A stretch of DNA of 64,000 bases from Candidatus Levyibacteriota bacterium (GCA_963716145.1 OY970292.1:76104-140103), one strand, 5' to 3'; positions 1 to 11,168 are shown, counted from the stretch's first letter. Notes: generated by a model not told the origin, from the letters alone. Translations and numbers: made by a program.

Positions 1-446
1 TTATTGGAGTACTTCTTTTTTATAATTTTTTGTATTTTATGCATCAATACCAGATTCATGCTAAGCTCCACCAAACTTGGTATAGAAACAATGGTTTTAG
101 CTTACTGATGACAGACCTGGAAAAAACATACGACAAGTATGATCGAATCATTTTAACAAAATCAACGGGAGGGATTTATCCTCTTGTTCTTTTTTACAGC
201 AAATTTGATCCGAAAGTTTATCAGGAGTCAGGATCAACAAGGAATTATGACTATACAGGATTTGGTAAATTCTTTTTTTCCCCGAAAGATTGTCCTTCGA
301 TAAACAAAGATAGAAGATTTCCGGCTGGTAAAAAGATTTATGTTGACAAGGGAGATTGTCCTGATAATCTGAAGATTCCAGAAAAAAATCAAGTATATAT
401 CTTAAGAGAAGATGGGACAAAGGGCTTCAGAATTGTGTATGAATAA
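1..446 (+). CDS. Hypothetical protein, probably the C-terminal fragment of a gene truncated by the window start (reading frame open back to position 3)
   Basis: ORF track 30..446 begins at a TTG; the frame has no stop upstream to the window edge; C-terminal tail has no recognisable motif. Confidence 0.3.
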   Translation, partial: IGVLLFYNFLYFMHQYQIHAKLHQTWYRNNGFSLLMTDLEKTYDKYDRIILTKSTGGIYPLVLFYSKFDPKVYQESGSTRNYDYTGFGKFFFSPKDCPSINKDRRFPAGKKIYVDKGDCPDNLKIPEKNQVYILREDGTKGFRIVYE

Positions 447-481
447 TTTGGTTAAGTACTGTCTTTCTACAATTTATTCTT

Positions 482-2041
482 ATGAAAAAGTTTAAAAAAG
501 CAATTCTTAATAACCATCTGTCTATTGCATTAATTATTATATTATTAATCCCTTCAATCCTTCCGCTTTTTCATAAAGGATTTTTTGTAACAGATGATGG
601 TGAATGGGCGATTATTCGTTTTTCCGCATTCTACGCAGCTCTACGTGATGGACAATTTCCAGTCAGATTTCTTGATAGGTTAAATTTTGGCTATGGTTAT
701 CCGGTCGCAAATTTCTTATACCCCGGCTTTATGTATCTTGGAGTCATACCTTATATTTTAAAAATAGGTCTTGTTTCAACTATTAAAATAATTCTCTCTA
801 TGTCTCTGGTGGGATCTGCGCTTTTTACTTACTTTTGGCTTAAGAAATTTTTTGATAAGACATCATCCCTAGTGGGTGCCCTTTTTTATGCATATGCCCC
901 ATACCATCTGTATGATTTATATGTACGAGGCTCAATTGGGGAGATGCTTGCTCTTATGACCTTACCTTTTATTCTTTGGCAAGTGGAGAGAAAAAGTATT
1001 TTTTGGATATCAACCGGAATAATGCTGCTCATTATTTCGCATAACACTCTCGCCGTTCTATTTTTGGCCTTAATTCTTGGTTATATGACGCTTATCTCAT
1101 TTGTCGCTAAAAAGAAGAGTAATTTTTATTTTTATTTAAAAAGTTTATTTATCGGAGTTGGTTTGGCTGCATTTTTTTGGATGCCTATACTATTTGAATT
1201 AAATTACACTGTTTTTTCATCAACAAAAGTTTCAGATTGGAGTAACTACTTTGCGCCAATTGATCTAATTGGTTACATAACCTACCTAGTTTTATTTTTT
1301 ACAGCATTTTTATTTATCAGCAAAAGAGAATTAGTCAAAAAACATCGTAGGACGGTATTCTTATTTATAGTGGGGATTATTTCCATTTTTCTCTCAAGTT
1401 CAGTTAGCTATTCTTTTTGGAAAGTAATGCCTGCCGGCTTTATCCAATTTCCATTCCGCTTTCTATCAGTTAGCTTATTGTCTGCTGCCTTTCTTGCTGC
1501 ATTCGTCGTATCCCAGCTTAAAAGTGCATACAGAACAATATTTGTTTTCCTTTGTGCAATTTTATTATTCACATCTGCATATAAGAGTATTGTGACAATT
1601 AAATTTTTTGACAAAGGCGATGATTTCTATTCAACCAATGAAGCAACTACTACAGTGAAGGATGAATATATGCCGGTTTGGGTGAAAGAAAAGTCTCAGA
1701 AAAGAGCGGATGTAAAAGTGGAAAATCTAAATAGAAAAGGAAGAATTGAAAATGTTTTTTACAACAATAAAAAAGTTACCTTTACAATAGATTTGCAGGA
1801 GAACTCAGTTATTCAAGTTAATACGATTTATTGGCCAGGATGGAACGCTTTTGTTGATGAAAAATCCATTCCAATTTCATATAATAACCCAAAGGGCTTG
1901 ATGAGAATAAATGTTCCATCAGGTAAACATTTAGTCAAATTGAACTTTGGAGAAACGCCGTTGCGTTTATTTAGCGATTTAATTTCTTTGGCAAGTCTGG
2001 GTATTCTTTTAGTTATTTCTTTAAAAAGAAATCATGAATAG
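482..2041 (+). CDS. Polytopic membrane protein, putative GT-C-type glycosyltransferase (YfhO-like C-terminal WPGW...VD...G.H.V motif); tandem paralog of the next gene
   Basis: 519 aa, many predicted TM helices; N-terminal H.GFF..DD..W motif and C-terminal YWPGWNAFVDE...SGKHLVKLNF resemble the YfhO-family periplasmic end; 8-nt overlap with the next ORF. Confidence 0.5.
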   Translation: MKKFKKAILNNHLSIALIIILLIPSILPLFHKGFFVTDDGEWAIIRFSAFYAALRDGQFPVRFLDRLNFGYGYPVANFLYPGFMYLGVIPYILKIGLVSTIKIILSMSLVGSALFTYFWLKKFFDKTSSLVGALFYAYAPYHLYDLYVRGSIGEMLALMTLPFILWQVERKSIFWISTGIMLLIISHNTLAVLFLALILGYMTLISFVAKKKSNFYFYLKSLFIGVGLAAFFWMPILFELNYTVFSSTKVSDWSNYFAPIDLIGYITYLVLFFTAFLFISKRELVKKHRRTVFLFIVGIISIFLSSSVSYSFWKVMPAGFIQFPFRFLSVSLLSAAFLAAFVVSQLKSAYRTIFVFLCAILLFTSAYKSIVTIKFFDKGDDFYSTNEATTTVKDEYMPVWVKEKSQKRADVKVENLNRKGRIENVFYNNKKVTFTIDLQENSVIQVNTIYWPGWNAFVDEKSIPISYNNPKGLMRINVPSGKHLVKLNFGETPLRLFSDLISLASLGILLVISLKRNHE

Positions 2042-3779
2042 ATTTAAAAAATTTTTACCTTTAATCGTAATTTTAGTACTTTCTTTTTGGGCTTTGAAGC
2101 CCTTATTTAATCCAGGTTTTTTTCCTATCCATGACGATGAGCAGGTAGGTAGATTGTACGATATGCATATTGATGTACGCTCAGGGCATTTGCCTCCCAG
2201 GCTTTCGCAAAATCTGGGCTTCGGATATGATTACCCCCTTTTCAATTTCTATCCATCTTTTATTTACTATGTTGCCGAAATATATCATCTAATTGGCTTT
2301 TCTTATATTGTGTCGATAAAGTTAATGATCGCAAGCGGATTTATTCTTGCGGCATTTGCTATGTATGCCCTCTCAAAAGAATATTTTGGAAAGCTAGCAG
2401 GTATAGTTTCCTCACTTGCTTATACATACGCCTCTTATCACAGCATTGATGTTTATGTGCGTGGAGCATTACCCGAGTTTTGGTCATTTGTTTTTTTACC
2501 GGCAATATTCTGGAGTTTTACAAAGTTGGCTAAAAAACCCGGAGGTTTTTTTACACTACTTTCAGGAATATTTTTGGCATTCTTTGTGTTGACGCATAAT
2601 CTAATTGCCATGATGAGTGCCCCCTTTATTTTGTCGTTTCTTATTTATCTTTATTTTGTTACAAAAGATAAAAATAAATTTGTTTTAACAACAACTTTTT
2701 CAGGAATAATCGGCGTTTGCTTATCAGCGTATTTTTGGCTGCCTGCCATTCTTGAAAAAAAATTCACAATGGTGAGCGTATTAACAACTGAGTTAGCAAG
2801 TTACGCGATACATTTCGTCTTCCCGAGTCAGTTTTGGTATTCCCCATGGGGATATGGGGGATCAACCGCTGGGACAGGAGATGGTCTCTCATTTCAAATT
2901 GGTAAAATATACCTTCTTTGCTTAGTTACAGTTTTTGCATATTCTCTCCTGTTGTTAAAAAAGCAAAGAAAGACGGCAATGCTTTTGTTTTTGCTTCTTG
3001 GTCTTTTTATTCTTTCTCTTTTCATGCAAACAGCACATTCTAAGTTTATTTGGGACGGTCTGCAATCTAGTATGGCCTATATCCAGTTCCCATGGAGGTT
3101 TTTGGTGTTTAGTTTTTTTCTTGCTTCTTTTGCTCTTGGAGCACTTTTTACAACTCCGTTTCCGCTTTATAAAAATAAAAATTTTAACTATTTACAATAT
3201 GTTCTAGCAGCAATGATTGTTTTCGTCATTATTTATAAAGCTGTTGCGATTTTCAATCCGTTAACATATCTCGTCAATGCAAAAGACCAAGATTACGTAA
3301 GTCAAGATGTTATGCGTTGGAAAACAAGCAATATGGCATTTGAATATGTACCAAAAGGCATAGCGACAAAAAAATCAGCAAGAGGCAATACTATTGTTGA
3401 TATAAAACAATCACAAATAGCAAAACGACCACTATCAGTTATTTCCGGAAATATGCAAATAGATGTAACAAAAGATATTCCGCAAAAAAAATCAGCAACA
3501 GTCACTGTTAAAAAAGGTGGAATATTGCAGATCAATGTTTATGCGTTTCCAGGATGGCAAGTATTAGTAGACAATGAAGAAGTGACATATTCTGCCAATA
3601 ATTCTTTGAGATTACTGAGAATTCCTTTAAATGAGGGGAAGCATGTAATTGTTGCTAAATTTAATGACACGTCTGTGAGAATTTTAGGGAATTTGCTTTC
3701 TGCCATAACAGCGTTAGGAATTTTGTTCTTCGGGACTTACTATGTAGTTTTACCAAGAATGAAGGAAATAAAGAAATAG
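2034..3779 (+). CDS. Polytopic membrane protein, putative GT-C-type glycosyltransferase (paralog of 482..2041)
   Basis: 581 aa; shares GFGYDYP / YVRG / C-terminal FPGWQVLVD...GKHVIVAKF motifs with the preceding gene. Confidence 0.5.
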   Translation: MNRFKKFLPLIVILVLSFWALKPLFNPGFFPIHDDEQVGRLYDMHIDVRSGHLPPRLSQNLGFGYDYPLFNFYPSFIYYVAEIYHLIGFSYIVSIKLMIASGFILAAFAMYALSKEYFGKLAGIVSSLAYTYASYHSIDVYVRGALPEFWSFVFLPAIFWSFTKLAKKPGGFFTLLSGIFLAFFVLTHNLIAMMSAPFILSFLIYLYFVTKDKNKFVLTTTFSGIIGVCLSAYFWLPAILEKKFTMVSVLTTELASYAIHFVFPSQFWYSPWGYGGSTAGTGDGLSFQIGKIYLLCLVTVFAYSLLLLKKQRKTAMLLFLLLGLFILSLFMQTAHSKFIWDGLQSSMAYIQFPWRFLVFSFFLASFALGALFTTPFPLYKNKNFNYLQYVLAAMIVFVIIYKAVAIFNPLTYLVNAKDQDYVSQDVMRWKTSNMAFEYVPKGIATKKSARGNTIVDIKQSQIAKRPLSVISGNMQIDVTKDIPQKKSATVTVKKGGILQINVYAFPGWQVLVDNEEVTYSANNSLRLLRIPLNEGKHVIVAKFNDTSVRILGNLLSAITALGILFFGTYYVVLPRMKEIKK

Positions 3780-3799
3780 ACTACAATAGGATAACTATT

Positions 3800-5266
3800 A
3801 TGTTTAAGAATATAGCTTTTAAAAAGTTAATACAAAGTGAATTGGCGTTTTTCACTTCATTGTATGGGTTGGTTCTAGTTATTTTTTTTGGTGCATTTCA
3901 TATAAATTTTTTTGCTGATGATTATTTTTTTCTTAAAATAAGCAGAGCGAATAATATTTTCGATTTTATTAATTTCTATTCACCTATCAGAGATTATTCG
4001 TATAAGCCTTTAGCTAGTGAAACTTTTTATTATATATTGCATTTATTAAATAATAACGTCTTCTTAGGTCATGCGATTATGTTTGTGACTTATTTTGTTG
4101 GCATTTTTTATCTATACAAAGTAATAAATACTTTGACAAATAATAAAAATTTAGCAAAGCTGACAGTTTTTATGTACGGAATTAGCTTTGTTCATGTATT
4201 TCAACTCTATTGGTTCGGAACATACCAGGAGATTGCCCTTTTTTGTTTTTTAACAATATCTTTATACCATTTTATTAGAAAAAAATATTTTTTAAGTGTC
4301 TTATTTTTTGTTTTTGCTTCTTTATGCAAGGAAACGGCAGCTCTTTATACGCCTTTCTTATTTTTATTCGTGTTCTGTAGAGACAAAGGGAAATTAAAAA
4401 TTAGTAATTATTATCACTTGATAATTTTCGTTTTTCTAACAGTCATATTTTGGCTAGTTTATAAAACAAGCTTAGATCATATAACAAGCCTGGATAATTA
4501 TAAGGTAAGTTGGAATTTAAAACTTCTTATAAATAATTCTATGTGGTATGGTCTTTGGGGAATTGGATTTCCAAATTTCATGTCAGACTATTTTAATAGC
4601 ATTTTCTCAAAACCGTCCCCAGTCTTTTGGGATATCATAAAAAGTCACGATATAAAAATGTACTTTGAGCAATTAATAATATATTTACTTCTATTTATGA
4701 GTTCTTTAACGGGATATATAATTTTCAATAAAAAAGAACATAAAAGATATATTTATTTATTAGCTTTTTCTCTTTTTGGTTTTTTACTATTTCTAGGCCC
4801 AATACTTCTTTTTCCGCACAAATGGATGATCAGGTTAACTATGCCCTTAATTTTTGTTAGCCTTTTTCAGGCCTACTTTATTTTTGATTTAACTCGTAAA
4901 AATTTGCTAACCAAAGCAATAGCAGCAATTCTTATTGCCATGTACTTCAGTTGGAACTTTTATGGTATAAAGACGCATGAATCATCCAGCTTATATCTTT
5001 TGGAAAATAATATTTATGTTAGTGCAGGCAAATACTTCTCAATGCACAAAAATCAAATAACAAACAAAAAATATATTTATTTCAAAGATGATGGTAGAAA
5101 TAAAAATAATATTTTTAATAATTCTCAAAAGCTTAAGCTGAGTTTTCATGATCAGAGTTTTCTTGATCATTTTTTTCCCGGTTATAAGATGACGGCTGTT
5201 TATAATTTTGAATCACCTAAAATACCGGCAAATGCATTCATTGTTGACACTAACTTGCTTTTTTAA
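3800..5266 (+). CDS. Polytopic integral membrane protein, possible GT-C glycosyltransferase
   Basis: 488 aa hydrophobic, >10 predicted TM segments; FFADDYFF acidic motif in first loop; sits directly upstream of a DPM-synthase-like GT2. Confidence 0.4.
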   Translation: MFKNIAFKKLIQSELAFFTSLYGLVLVIFFGAFHINFFADDYFFLKISRANNIFDFINFYSPIRDYSYKPLASETFYYILHLLNNNVFLGHAIMFVTYFVGIFYLYKVINTLTNNKNLAKLTVFMYGISFVHVFQLYWFGTYQEIALFCFLTISLYHFIRKKYFLSVLFFVFASLCKETAALYTPFLFLFVFCRDKGKLKISNYYHLIIFVFLTVIFWLVYKTSLDHITSLDNYKVSWNLKLLINNSMWYGLWGIGFPNFMSDYFNSIFSKPSPVFWDIIKSHDIKMYFEQLIIYLLLFMSSLTGYIIFNKKEHKRYIYLLAFSLFGFLLFLGPILLFPHKWMIRLTMPLIFVSLFQAYFIFDLTRKNLLTKAIAAILIAMYFSWNFYGIKTHESSSLYLLENNIYVSAGKYFSMHKNQITNKKYIYFKDDGRNKNNIFNNSQKLKLSFHDQSFLDHFFPGYKMTAVYNFESPKIPANAFIVDTNLLF

Positions 5267-5291
5267 TTAAAGACAACTGAGTTTTGTTATA

Positions 5292-6020
5292 ATGCATTCT
5301 ATGAATAGTAAAATTTCCGAACTTTCAATATTTTTTCCTTTTTGGAACGAACAGGACAATATAGAGAAAACAGTAAGAGACGCCATACCCATTGCTAAAA
5401 AAATTGCCAGAAAATGGGAAATTATTATGGTGGACGATGGATCATCAGACAAAACTCTTGAAATCGCAGAAAGACTGGCAAAAGAGGATGAACGACTGCG
5501 TATTATCTCTCATCAGCCAAATAGAGGGTATGGCGCAGCACTGACTGCCGGATTAACTAATGCCCGGTACAAGTTAATTGTTTTTACTGATGGTGATGGA
5601 CAATTTGATTTTTCAGAAGTAATAAAACTCTTGGATAAAATTGATTCAGCTGATATGGTAATTGGTTATCGGCAGAAAAGAAGAGATCGCAAATTATTCA
5701 AACGATTACTTTTGATGAATCTTCTTAAGGTAGGGGATTTACTTCTCTTTAGATTTTATTTTCGAGATATTGATTGTGGATTCAAGATGTTCAAGAAAGA
5801 AGCAATAGAAAAGTTAACACCACTTCGTTCTGAAGGTGCGATGATCACAACGGAAATTCTCGCAAAAGCCAGAAAGAAGAAATTAAAGATTAAAGAGGTA
5901 GGTGTTACACATTATCCCCGAAAACTCGGTCACCAAACCGGAGCAGAATTTTCAGTTATTGTCCGAGCAGTTCTTGAAAGCTTAATCCTGTGGTACGATT
6001 TACATTATGGAAGAACTTGA
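5292..6020 (+). CDS. GT2 family polyprenol-phosphate glycosyltransferase (dolichol-P-mannose/glucose synthase-like)
   Basis: MVDDGSSDKT...NRGYGAA...FTDGDGQFD motifs typical of DPM1/GtrB-like GT2. Confidence 0.7.
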   Translation: MHSMNSKISELSIFFPFWNEQDNIEKTVRDAIPIAKKIARKWEIIMVDDGSSDKTLEIAERLAKEDERLRIISHQPNRGYGAALTAGLTNARYKLIVFTDGDGQFDFSEVIKLLDKIDSADMVIGYRQKRRDRKLFKRLLLMNLLKVGDLLLFRFYFRDIDCGFKMFKKEAIEKLTPLRSEGAMITTEILAKARKKKLKIKEVGVTHYPRKLGHQTGAEFSVIVRAVLESLILWYDLHYGRT

Positions 6021-7461
6021 TTTAATTAACCTTGGGAAGCAATCAATTAAGGGTGTTTTGGCATTAATTTCCCAAACTTTTATTGTTCAAATAATTTCAG
6101 CTACTGCGTTGGTTATCGTCTTGACCGTACTAACCCCTGCAGAAGTTGGAATTTTTGTCGCAGTTACAGCAATGCGTAGGATTGTAGATTTTTTTACAGA
6201 TTTTGGAATTGGCGCTGCGTTGGTTCAGAAAAAACAAGAATTAACTCTTGGAGATCTGAGAACCAGCTTTACCATCCAAGCAGGAATTACGCTATTAATC
6301 TTTATTGGGACGTTTTTACTGAGGCATCAGATTTCCGGATATCTCAAATTAAACACTCAGGGAGAGAATTTGCTCCTAGCGCTTGTATTTACTGTTTTTA
6401 TATCATCATTTAAAACAATTCCATCAATTCTTCTTGAGCGAAAAATACAGTTCCAAAAATTGATTATACCTCAGATCGCTGAGGCTCTGGTCTATAATGT
6501 TTTGCTAGTGGTATTAGTGCTTAAAGGGTTTCGGGTTGATAGTTATTCGTACGCATTTCTTGTTTCAGGTATTATTGGTCTGCCTTTTTATTATTATGTT
6601 TCCCCTTGGAAAATCGGACTGGGGATTGATAGAAAAGCCCTTCATAACTTGAAGTTTGGATTACAATTCCAAACAAAAAATATTTTAGCAATCATAAAGG
6701 ATGATCTCTTAACAGTGGTATTGATTAAATTTCTCACATTCAGGGAAATAGGATTTATAGGATTTGGTCAAAGGATCGCATTTTTACCTTATAGATATAT
6801 TGTTGATAGCGTGACCAAAGTTACTTTTTCAACGTATTCAAGAATTCAGGAAGATACAAAGGTCTTGAGAAAAGCAATTGAAAAATCTCTCTTTTTTATA
6901 AGTTCACTTATGTTTCCCATACTACTGGGAATTATACTTACTGTTCCTTACTTTATTCAATATTTTCCCAAATGGCACAATAAGTGGGAGCCTGCAATTA
7001 TCAGTATAATATTTTTTTCTCTTAATGCTGCTTTTGCTTCACTTTCCAATATACTTATTAATGTTTTGGACGCAACCGGTAGAATTAAAAAAACTTTATA
7101 TCTTATGATAATTATGACTATTATTACTTGGGCTCTAACCCCGCTTTTTATATTTAACTTCAAATTCGGTTACAACGGAGTCCCTATTGTGTCCTTTATA
7201 GTAACGCTTACAATTGGCTTTTGTGTTTATATGGTTAAGAAAATTGTGGATTTTGACTTCATAAAAAACATTTATAAGGCCTTAGTCTGCTCACTTATAA
7301 TGGGCATTATTATAATCGGTTATTTACAATTTTTTGTAAAAGATTTGCTTACATTGTTCATAGGAATAGCAGTAGGTGCGATAGTATACGGAGTTTGCTT
7401 TTATTTAATCGCAAAAAAAGAATTAATCGAAGCAAAGAACTTGATATTCAAAAAATATTAA
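6007..7461 (+). CDS. Oligosaccharide/polysaccharide flippase (Wzx-like, MOP superfamily)
   Basis: 484 aa, ~12-14 TM helices, overall architecture and G-rich loops of polysaccharide biosynthesis protein family; embedded among GT genes. Confidence 0.55.
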   Translation: MEELDLINLGKQSIKGVLALISQTFIVQIISATALVIVLTVLTPAEVGIFVAVTAMRRIVDFFTDFGIGAALVQKKQELTLGDLRTSFTIQAGITLLIFIGTFLLRHQISGYLKLNTQGENLLLALVFTVFISSFKTIPSILLERKIQFQKLIIPQIAEALVYNVLLVVLVLKGFRVDSYSYAFLVSGIIGLPFYYYVSPWKIGLGIDRKALHNLKFGLQFQTKNILAIIKDDLLTVVLIKFLTFREIGFIGFGQRIAFLPYRYIVDSVTKVTFSTYSRIQEDTKVLRKAIEKSLFFISSLMFPILLGIILTVPYFIQYFPKWHNKWEPAIISIIFFSLNAAFASLSNILINVLDATGRIKKTLYLMIIMTIITWALTPLFIFNFKFGYNGVPIVSFIVTLTIGFCVYMVKKIVDFDFIKNIYKALVCSLIMGIIIIGYLQFFVKDLLTLFIGIAVGAIVYGVCFYLIAKKELIEAKNLIFKKY

Positions 7462-7473
7462 AAATTTATAAAA

Positions 7474-8373
7474 ATGAAAAAAATTTCTATTGTCACGATC
7501 AATTACAACTCGGAAGAAGCTACGAAAAATTTACTTACTTCATTGAAAAAAATAAAAGTTGCTAATTTTAGTTGGGATGTTGTGGTTGTCGATAACGGTT
7601 CAGAGAAAGTTTTTAAAACAAATGAAAAAGCATTTATAATAAGATCGGATATCAACACTGGTTTTACAGGCGGATGCAATATAGGTATTAAAGAAGGGCT
7701 AGGAAGAGGTGCTGATTATATACTTTTAATCAATAATGATACGACTGTTCAGCCTGATTTAATCAAAGACTTGCAAGCAGCATTAGAAAGCGATCCTACA
7801 ATCGGTGTTACGGTCCCCAAAATTTATTTTTCAAAGGGTCAAGAGTTTCATAAAGCTAAATATAAAAAAGAAGAGTTGGGGAGAGTGCTTTGGTTCGCTG
7901 GAGGATATATTGATTGGAAAAATGCTATAAGTGTACATACAGGAATGGATCAGGTAGACAATGGGCAATATGATGAAATTAAAAAAATAGATTTTGCGAC
8001 CGGCTGCTGCATGTTGATAAAAAGAGAAGTATTAGAAAGGGTTGGTTTTTTTGACAAAAGGTACTTTCTTTATTACGAAGATGCAGATTTGAGCCAAAGA
8101 ATCATAAAAGCGGGATTTGAAATTTTTTATATCCCCAGTGCTATTATATATCATGATAACGCACAGTCTTCAGGAGGATCGGGAAGTGGGCTACATGACT
8201 ATTTTCTCACTCGTAACCAAATGCAGTTTGGTATAACATATGCACCAATTAAGACCAAAATTGCATTGCTCCGGCAAAGTTTGCGATTACTAATAATAGG
8301 AAGAGAATATCAAAAGAAGGGAATTAGAGATTTTTATTTAAGAAGATTCGGAAAAGGGACTTACTTTAAGTAA
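7474..8373 (+). CDS. GT2 family glycosyltransferase
   Basis: N-terminal SIVTINYN...VVVVDNGS and DxD-type region; GT-A fold hallmarks. Confidence 0.7.
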   Translation: MKKISIVTINYNSEEATKNLLTSLKKIKVANFSWDVVVVDNGSEKVFKTNEKAFIIRSDINTGFTGGCNIGIKEGLGRGADYILLINNDTTVQPDLIKDLQAALESDPTIGVTVPKIYFSKGQEFHKAKYKKEELGRVLWFAGGYIDWKNAISVHTGMDQVDNGQYDEIKKIDFATGCCMLIKREVLERVGFFDKRYFLYYEDADLSQRIIKAGFEIFYIPSAIIYHDNAQSSGGSGSGLHDYFLTRNQMQFGITYAPIKTKIALLRQSLRLLIIGREYQKKGIRDFYLRRFGKGTYFK

Positions 8374-8381
8374 CTATTATT

Positions 8382-10358
8382 ATGATTGGTGCATTTTCGA
8401 TTCTGGATATAAAATTTTGGCTATATTTTTTATATTATATTTTTGCGGTATTTGTTTCAGCATATATTCCAGGAAGCCTTCTCCTGCGTACATTAAAGGT
8501 AGATAAGTTTTCGAAAATTATAATATCTTTAGTACTTGGTATCGTTATATGGGGATACCAGGGATATATTTTTGGATATATAGGTTTACGTTTCCTATCG
8601 TATATATATCTTAGCAGTGTATTTATTTTTTGGATACATGGTAAGAGGAAAAATAAGTGGAGTTTCATTCCTACGCTCGGGATAAACAAATCTAATTTGT
8701 TCTCCGCAGCAATTATTTTTGTTGGGACCTTAGTTCAATTATTGACTATCTGGTTTAATGGGGTATATCTGCAAAAAGGGTTATACTTTTGCTGTGGCAT
8801 AGATACCGTATATCATCTTGCTTTGACAGGAGAAGCCGTAAGGCATTTTCCACCTCTAGATCCCGGGTCTGTTAATGCGATCGTAAAAAACTATCACTAT
8901 TTTTCAAACGTTATAATTGCGGAGTGGGTACGCGTATTCAATTTACCATTAACTGCTACATATTTTCAGTATTCAACCGTCCTTTTTTCAATCCTCATGG
9001 GGTTAACGGCAGTAGTTTTTGGACGAGTATATGGAATGAAAAAAAGATATATCAATTGGTTGCTATTTTTTCTTTATTTTAGTGGAAGTGCAACATATAT
9101 TCTTATATTACTTTTTCAGCATAGGATTGATATTGGCGCAACAGTTCTACATGAGGCAACTATTTTATGGTTAAGCCCTCCACGAGTATATGCAATTGTA
9201 GTTTTTTTAACTGGTATGTCGCTAATATATTATTGGATTAAAGGAAAAAATATCCATATTGGTTTAATTGCTGCCATACTATTAGCCTCATTGATAAGTA
9301 TAAAAGTTTATTTCGGTATCTTTATCCTAGCTGGGTATATGTTTCTTAATATCTACTATTTATATAAAAAAGATTTAAAATCCATAATTCCTTCACTTAT
9401 TGCGATTGTTGTAGCACTTTTATTATATCTCCCGGTAAATAGTGGAGCCGGCGGGTTATTTTTTACTGGGTTTTGGAGAGTAGAAAATTTTATCTCTTTT
9501 CCGGCCTTAGGTCTTTCACATATGGAGCTGGCAAGATTGGTATATCTAGAACATCACAATTGGCTACGCGTAGCTCAATATGAAGGGATGTATATAGCTT
9601 TATATTTTTTCGCAGTGTTTGGAACATTGTTATTTTCTTTCTGCCAAACAGGAGAATCAATGAGAAAAATTCCAAAGGAGGCTCACATTTTTCTCATAGG
9701 TGGGATTACGGTGTCTCTCATTGCCGGTTTATTTTTTGTTCAACGTTTTGGAGCGTCTAATAGTTCTCAATTTATCATAACAGTGATAGGCATTCTACCC
9801 ATATATGCTGCTTTAGCCTATGATCATTGGATACAAAAGATAAAAGCAGCTTTTATTAGAAGATTTATCATACTTATTGTTATTTTTGTTACTATACCAC
9901 GTATTGCACATGATGTGAATTCAAGAATTCAGCAGTTTACCCATCTGTCCGGTTATACTTTTTCAAATCAGGAAATTGCTGCTACCTCTTTTTTAAGAGA
10001 AGCTCCTAATGGTATCGTGCTCACCCCTTTGTATAATTGTTTGTACATTCATATGCTCAGTAATAAGTTCGTATATGCTTGCAATGATGCTAATGTTTTA
10101 ACCGATCATTTAGATGCAAATGAGGCTAACAAAAAAATAGCAGATATTAATAAAATATTTACCTACGAACAGCCTTCTTCAGTTAGTGCTGCTTTACTTT
10201 CTAAAAATATCCGATATATTTATATTCGAGGCGGAAGCGATCTTATTAGTACAAATTCTGCTTTTTTTCTTCCCATAATCTACAAAAATAATGAAATAAA
10301 AATAAGAGAGGTTTCAAAAAAGAAAATAAATGAATATAATAAATTACATCTCAATTGA
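8382..10358 (+). CDS. Large polytopic membrane protein (putative GT-C glycosyltransferase or polymerase)
   Basis: 658 aa, ~14 hydrophobic segments with a C-terminal soluble domain; no catalytic motif recognised. Confidence 0.4.
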   Translation: MIGAFSILDIKFWLYFLYYIFAVFVSAYIPGSLLLRTLKVDKFSKIIISLVLGIVIWGYQGYIFGYIGLRFLSYIYLSSVFIFWIHGKRKNKWSFIPTLGINKSNLFSAAIIFVGTLVQLLTIWFNGVYLQKGLYFCCGIDTVYHLALTGEAVRHFPPLDPGSVNAIVKNYHYFSNVIIAEWVRVFNLPLTATYFQYSTVLFSILMGLTAVVFGRVYGMKKRYINWLLFFLYFSGSATYILILLFQHRIDIGATVLHEATILWLSPPRVYAIVVFLTGMSLIYYWIKGKNIHIGLIAAILLASLISIKVYFGIFILAGYMFLNIYYLYKKDLKSIIPSLIAIVVALLLYLPVNSGAGGLFFTGFWRVENFISFPALGLSHMELARLVYLEHHNWLRVAQYEGMYIALYFFAVFGTLLFSFCQTGESMRKIPKEAHIFLIGGITVSLIAGLFFVQRFGASNSSQFIITVIGILPIYAALAYDHWIQKIKAAFIRRFIILIVIFVTIPRIAHDVNSRIQQFTHLSGYTFSNQEIAATSFLREAPNGIVLTPLYNCLYIHMLSNKFVYACNDANVLTDHLDANEANKKIADINKIFTYEQPSSVSAALLSKNIRYIYIRGGSDLISTNSAFFLPIIYKNNEIKIREVSKKKINEYNKLHLN

Positions 10359-10418
10359 CAGAGTAATGGAATCGTAGCTGCCATTTAAATAGATAGATAT
10401 TTATATGATAGTTTCATT

Positions 10419-11168
10419 ATGAATAAAATTTCAGCAATTATACTTACCAAAAATTCAGAAGACTTAATAGCAGATTGCATAGATTCTGTTTCTTTTTGTG
10501 ATGAAATTATCGTAGTGGATGATTCTTCAACTGACAGGACGCCCGATCTGGCGAAGCATCTGGGAGCAAGAGTGTTTAATTATAAATCTAATAGTTTTGC
10601 AGAAAAGCGAAATTTTGGACTGGGAAAAGCAAAATATAAATGGGTTTTGTATATAGATGATGACGAACGGATTTCCGGAGAACTTAAAAAAAATATTATG
10701 GAAGTTGCCGAAAAACAGAAAGATGAATTCGATGCATATAGATTAAAAAGAAAAAATTTTTATTTAGGCAAACACGAATGGCCAAGCATTGAGAAAATGG
10801 AACGGTTATTTAAAAAAAACTCTTTGGAAAAATGGGAGGGTAAGCTTCACGAGACACCCGTTGCAAAGGGTGAAATAGGAGAATTAGAAGGGTTTATAAA
10901 TCACTATACTCATCAGGATTTAACAAAAATGGTTAATAAGACAATTGAGTGGTCGAGGGTTGAAGCAGAGCTTCGTTTTAAGGCAAATCATCCGAAAATG
11001 TCAGAATGGAGATTTTTTAGGGTAATGCTAACAGCATTTTATGATTCATATGTAAAGCAGAAAGGTTACAAAGTCCGAACCGCAGGTTTGGTGGAAAGCT
11101 TGTATCAGTCATTTAGCATATTTATTACCTACGCAAGACTTTGGGAATTACAGAATAAAAAAAAATGA
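10419..11168 (+). CDS. GT2 family glycosyltransferase (WaaE/KdtX-like)
   Basis: AIILTKNSEDLIADCIDSV...IIVVDDSSTDRT motif. Confidence 0.65.
   Translation: MNKISAIILTKNSEDLIADCIDSVSFCDEIIVVDDSSTDRTPDLAKHLGARVFNYKSNSFAEKRNFGLGKAKYKWVLYIDDDERISGELKKNIMEVAEKQKDEFDAYRLKRKNFYLGKHEWPSIEKMERLFKKNSLEKWEGKLHETPVAKGEIGELEGFINHYTHQDLTKMVNKTIEWSRVEAELRFKANHPKMSEWRFFRVMLTAFYDSYVKQKGYKVRTAGLVESLYQSFSIFITYARLWELQNKKK

Noticed and set aside
148-420. Numerous 60-130 aa ORFs antisense to or overlapping larger genes (e.g. 148..420-, 1408..1614-, 3302..3535-, 17069..17449-, 27580..27969-, 42270..42665-, 58683..59189-)
   Set aside because: Each is fully embedded in a longer ORF with clear family signatures on the other strand or frame. 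They are low-complexity or AT-biased translations with no motifs, so they are treated as spurious.
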